Origin: Octopus sinensis
Taxonomy: Eukaryota
Direction: 5' to 3'
Assembly (NCBI RefSeq): GCF_006345805.1
Contig: NC_043008.1
Span: forward strand, 4,650,001-4,714,000
DNA length: 64,000 bases
In this document: piece after piece, positions 63,232 to 64,000 of the stretch
How positions within the stretch are numbered: position 1 is the first letter of the stretch
How the letters are laid out: each line of letters begins with the position of its first letter
Position numbers and translations under genes: made by a program
Notes under the pieces: model-generated
The model's database searches: none
What the model was told of the DNA's origin: nothing
The model's input: the letters and a program-made list of their open reading frames with translations, nothing else

Positions 63232-64000
63232 AAGACACCTATCCCTGTCCTTTTATACCTCTAATCTCTCATCAACTGGCACAAAGCGCCCCCCCTCACC
63301 CAGCTCACTATTTCTTCCCACTTCCAGCTGAAGAGGTTTTTGTCTTGCAAGTTACTTGATGACTGTATTGGTGCCACATAAAAAGTACCCAGTGCATTCT
63401 GTAAAGTAGTCATTAGGAAGGGAACCCAGCCATAGAGATCATTCCAAAACAGACAATGGAGTTTTACCAGTTCTAGTCAAACCATCCAACCCATGCTAAC
63501 ATGAACATTAAATAATATATATAGTATAACTTGGATATCATAGTTATTTTCTTTGTCTTTAGCCTTACCTATGATTTCTTGAAACTTATGAAGGGCTATA
63601 TTTTCATGGCTATGGAAGTAACGCTGAGCACAAATTATGTTTAAAAATTTTGCTATTTTGATTGTTAGATGTGTTCTTTTGAAAACTTTCTGAATACGAC
63701 AAGACTGAATAAATTTTATTGCATAAGATTATACTTGTAAAGTTTGTAGATTATCTGTTAGACACTGTTTCTTGTTAGTGACGAAGAGAGAAGTTTACAT
63801 ATCAGTAATTATCAACAATCTCGTTATATAAGAAATGATTAACTTAAAATCAAATTTTAACTGAAGAATGCATCTGAAAGCAAAAGTAGAGCTTATAAGA
63901 TGCTTCCGAATGTTAATATTGTCTTACAAGTACAGCAGAAATTAGATTCTCCATACACTCCTTCCTAATATCCAGAGGAAAATCCAAGCAACACTTTGTG

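Noticed and set aside
63569-64000. Open frames on both strands with splice-like sites
   Set aside because: Mutually exclusive interpretations, internal stops, no motif, and truncation at the window edge.

Overview
This is AT-rich, repeat-saturated eukaryotic genomic DNA, almost certainly from an octopus or another coleoid cephalopod. That is an inference from tRNA/CORE-type SINEs resembling the octopus OR/OK families, (GAT)n-tailed RTE-related elements and very long (TA)n/(CA)n microsatellites. I could not confidently identify a host protein-coding gene. Nearly all ORFs in the supplied track are microsatellite translations or transposon fossils: a hAT transposase (TRWNS motif; 1.8-kb element with 8-bp TSD), two halves of a DD37D/maT Tc1-mariner, Penelope-like (PLE) ORF fragments, RTE LINE fragments, a non-autonomous Helitron and several MITEs. 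The most notable signal is a cluster of fold-back (inverted-duplicated) retroelement ends. Two closely similar PLE-type units (27.3 and 30.0 kb) contain three canonical minimal type-I hammerhead ribozymes: CCAC-CUGAAGA-UUGUC/GACAA-GAAAC-AAUU-GUA-GUGG. Three further families carry degenerate hammerhead-like cores in palindromes, and SINE/LINE 3' tails show the same tail-outward inversion. A strong minus-strand polypyrimidine-AG/GTAAGT site (31.8 kb) and a few splice-flanked short exons hint at a long-intron minus-strand host gene, but this is speculative. Coordinates for decayed repeats are approximate. Family names come from memory of consensus motifs, not from database searches.
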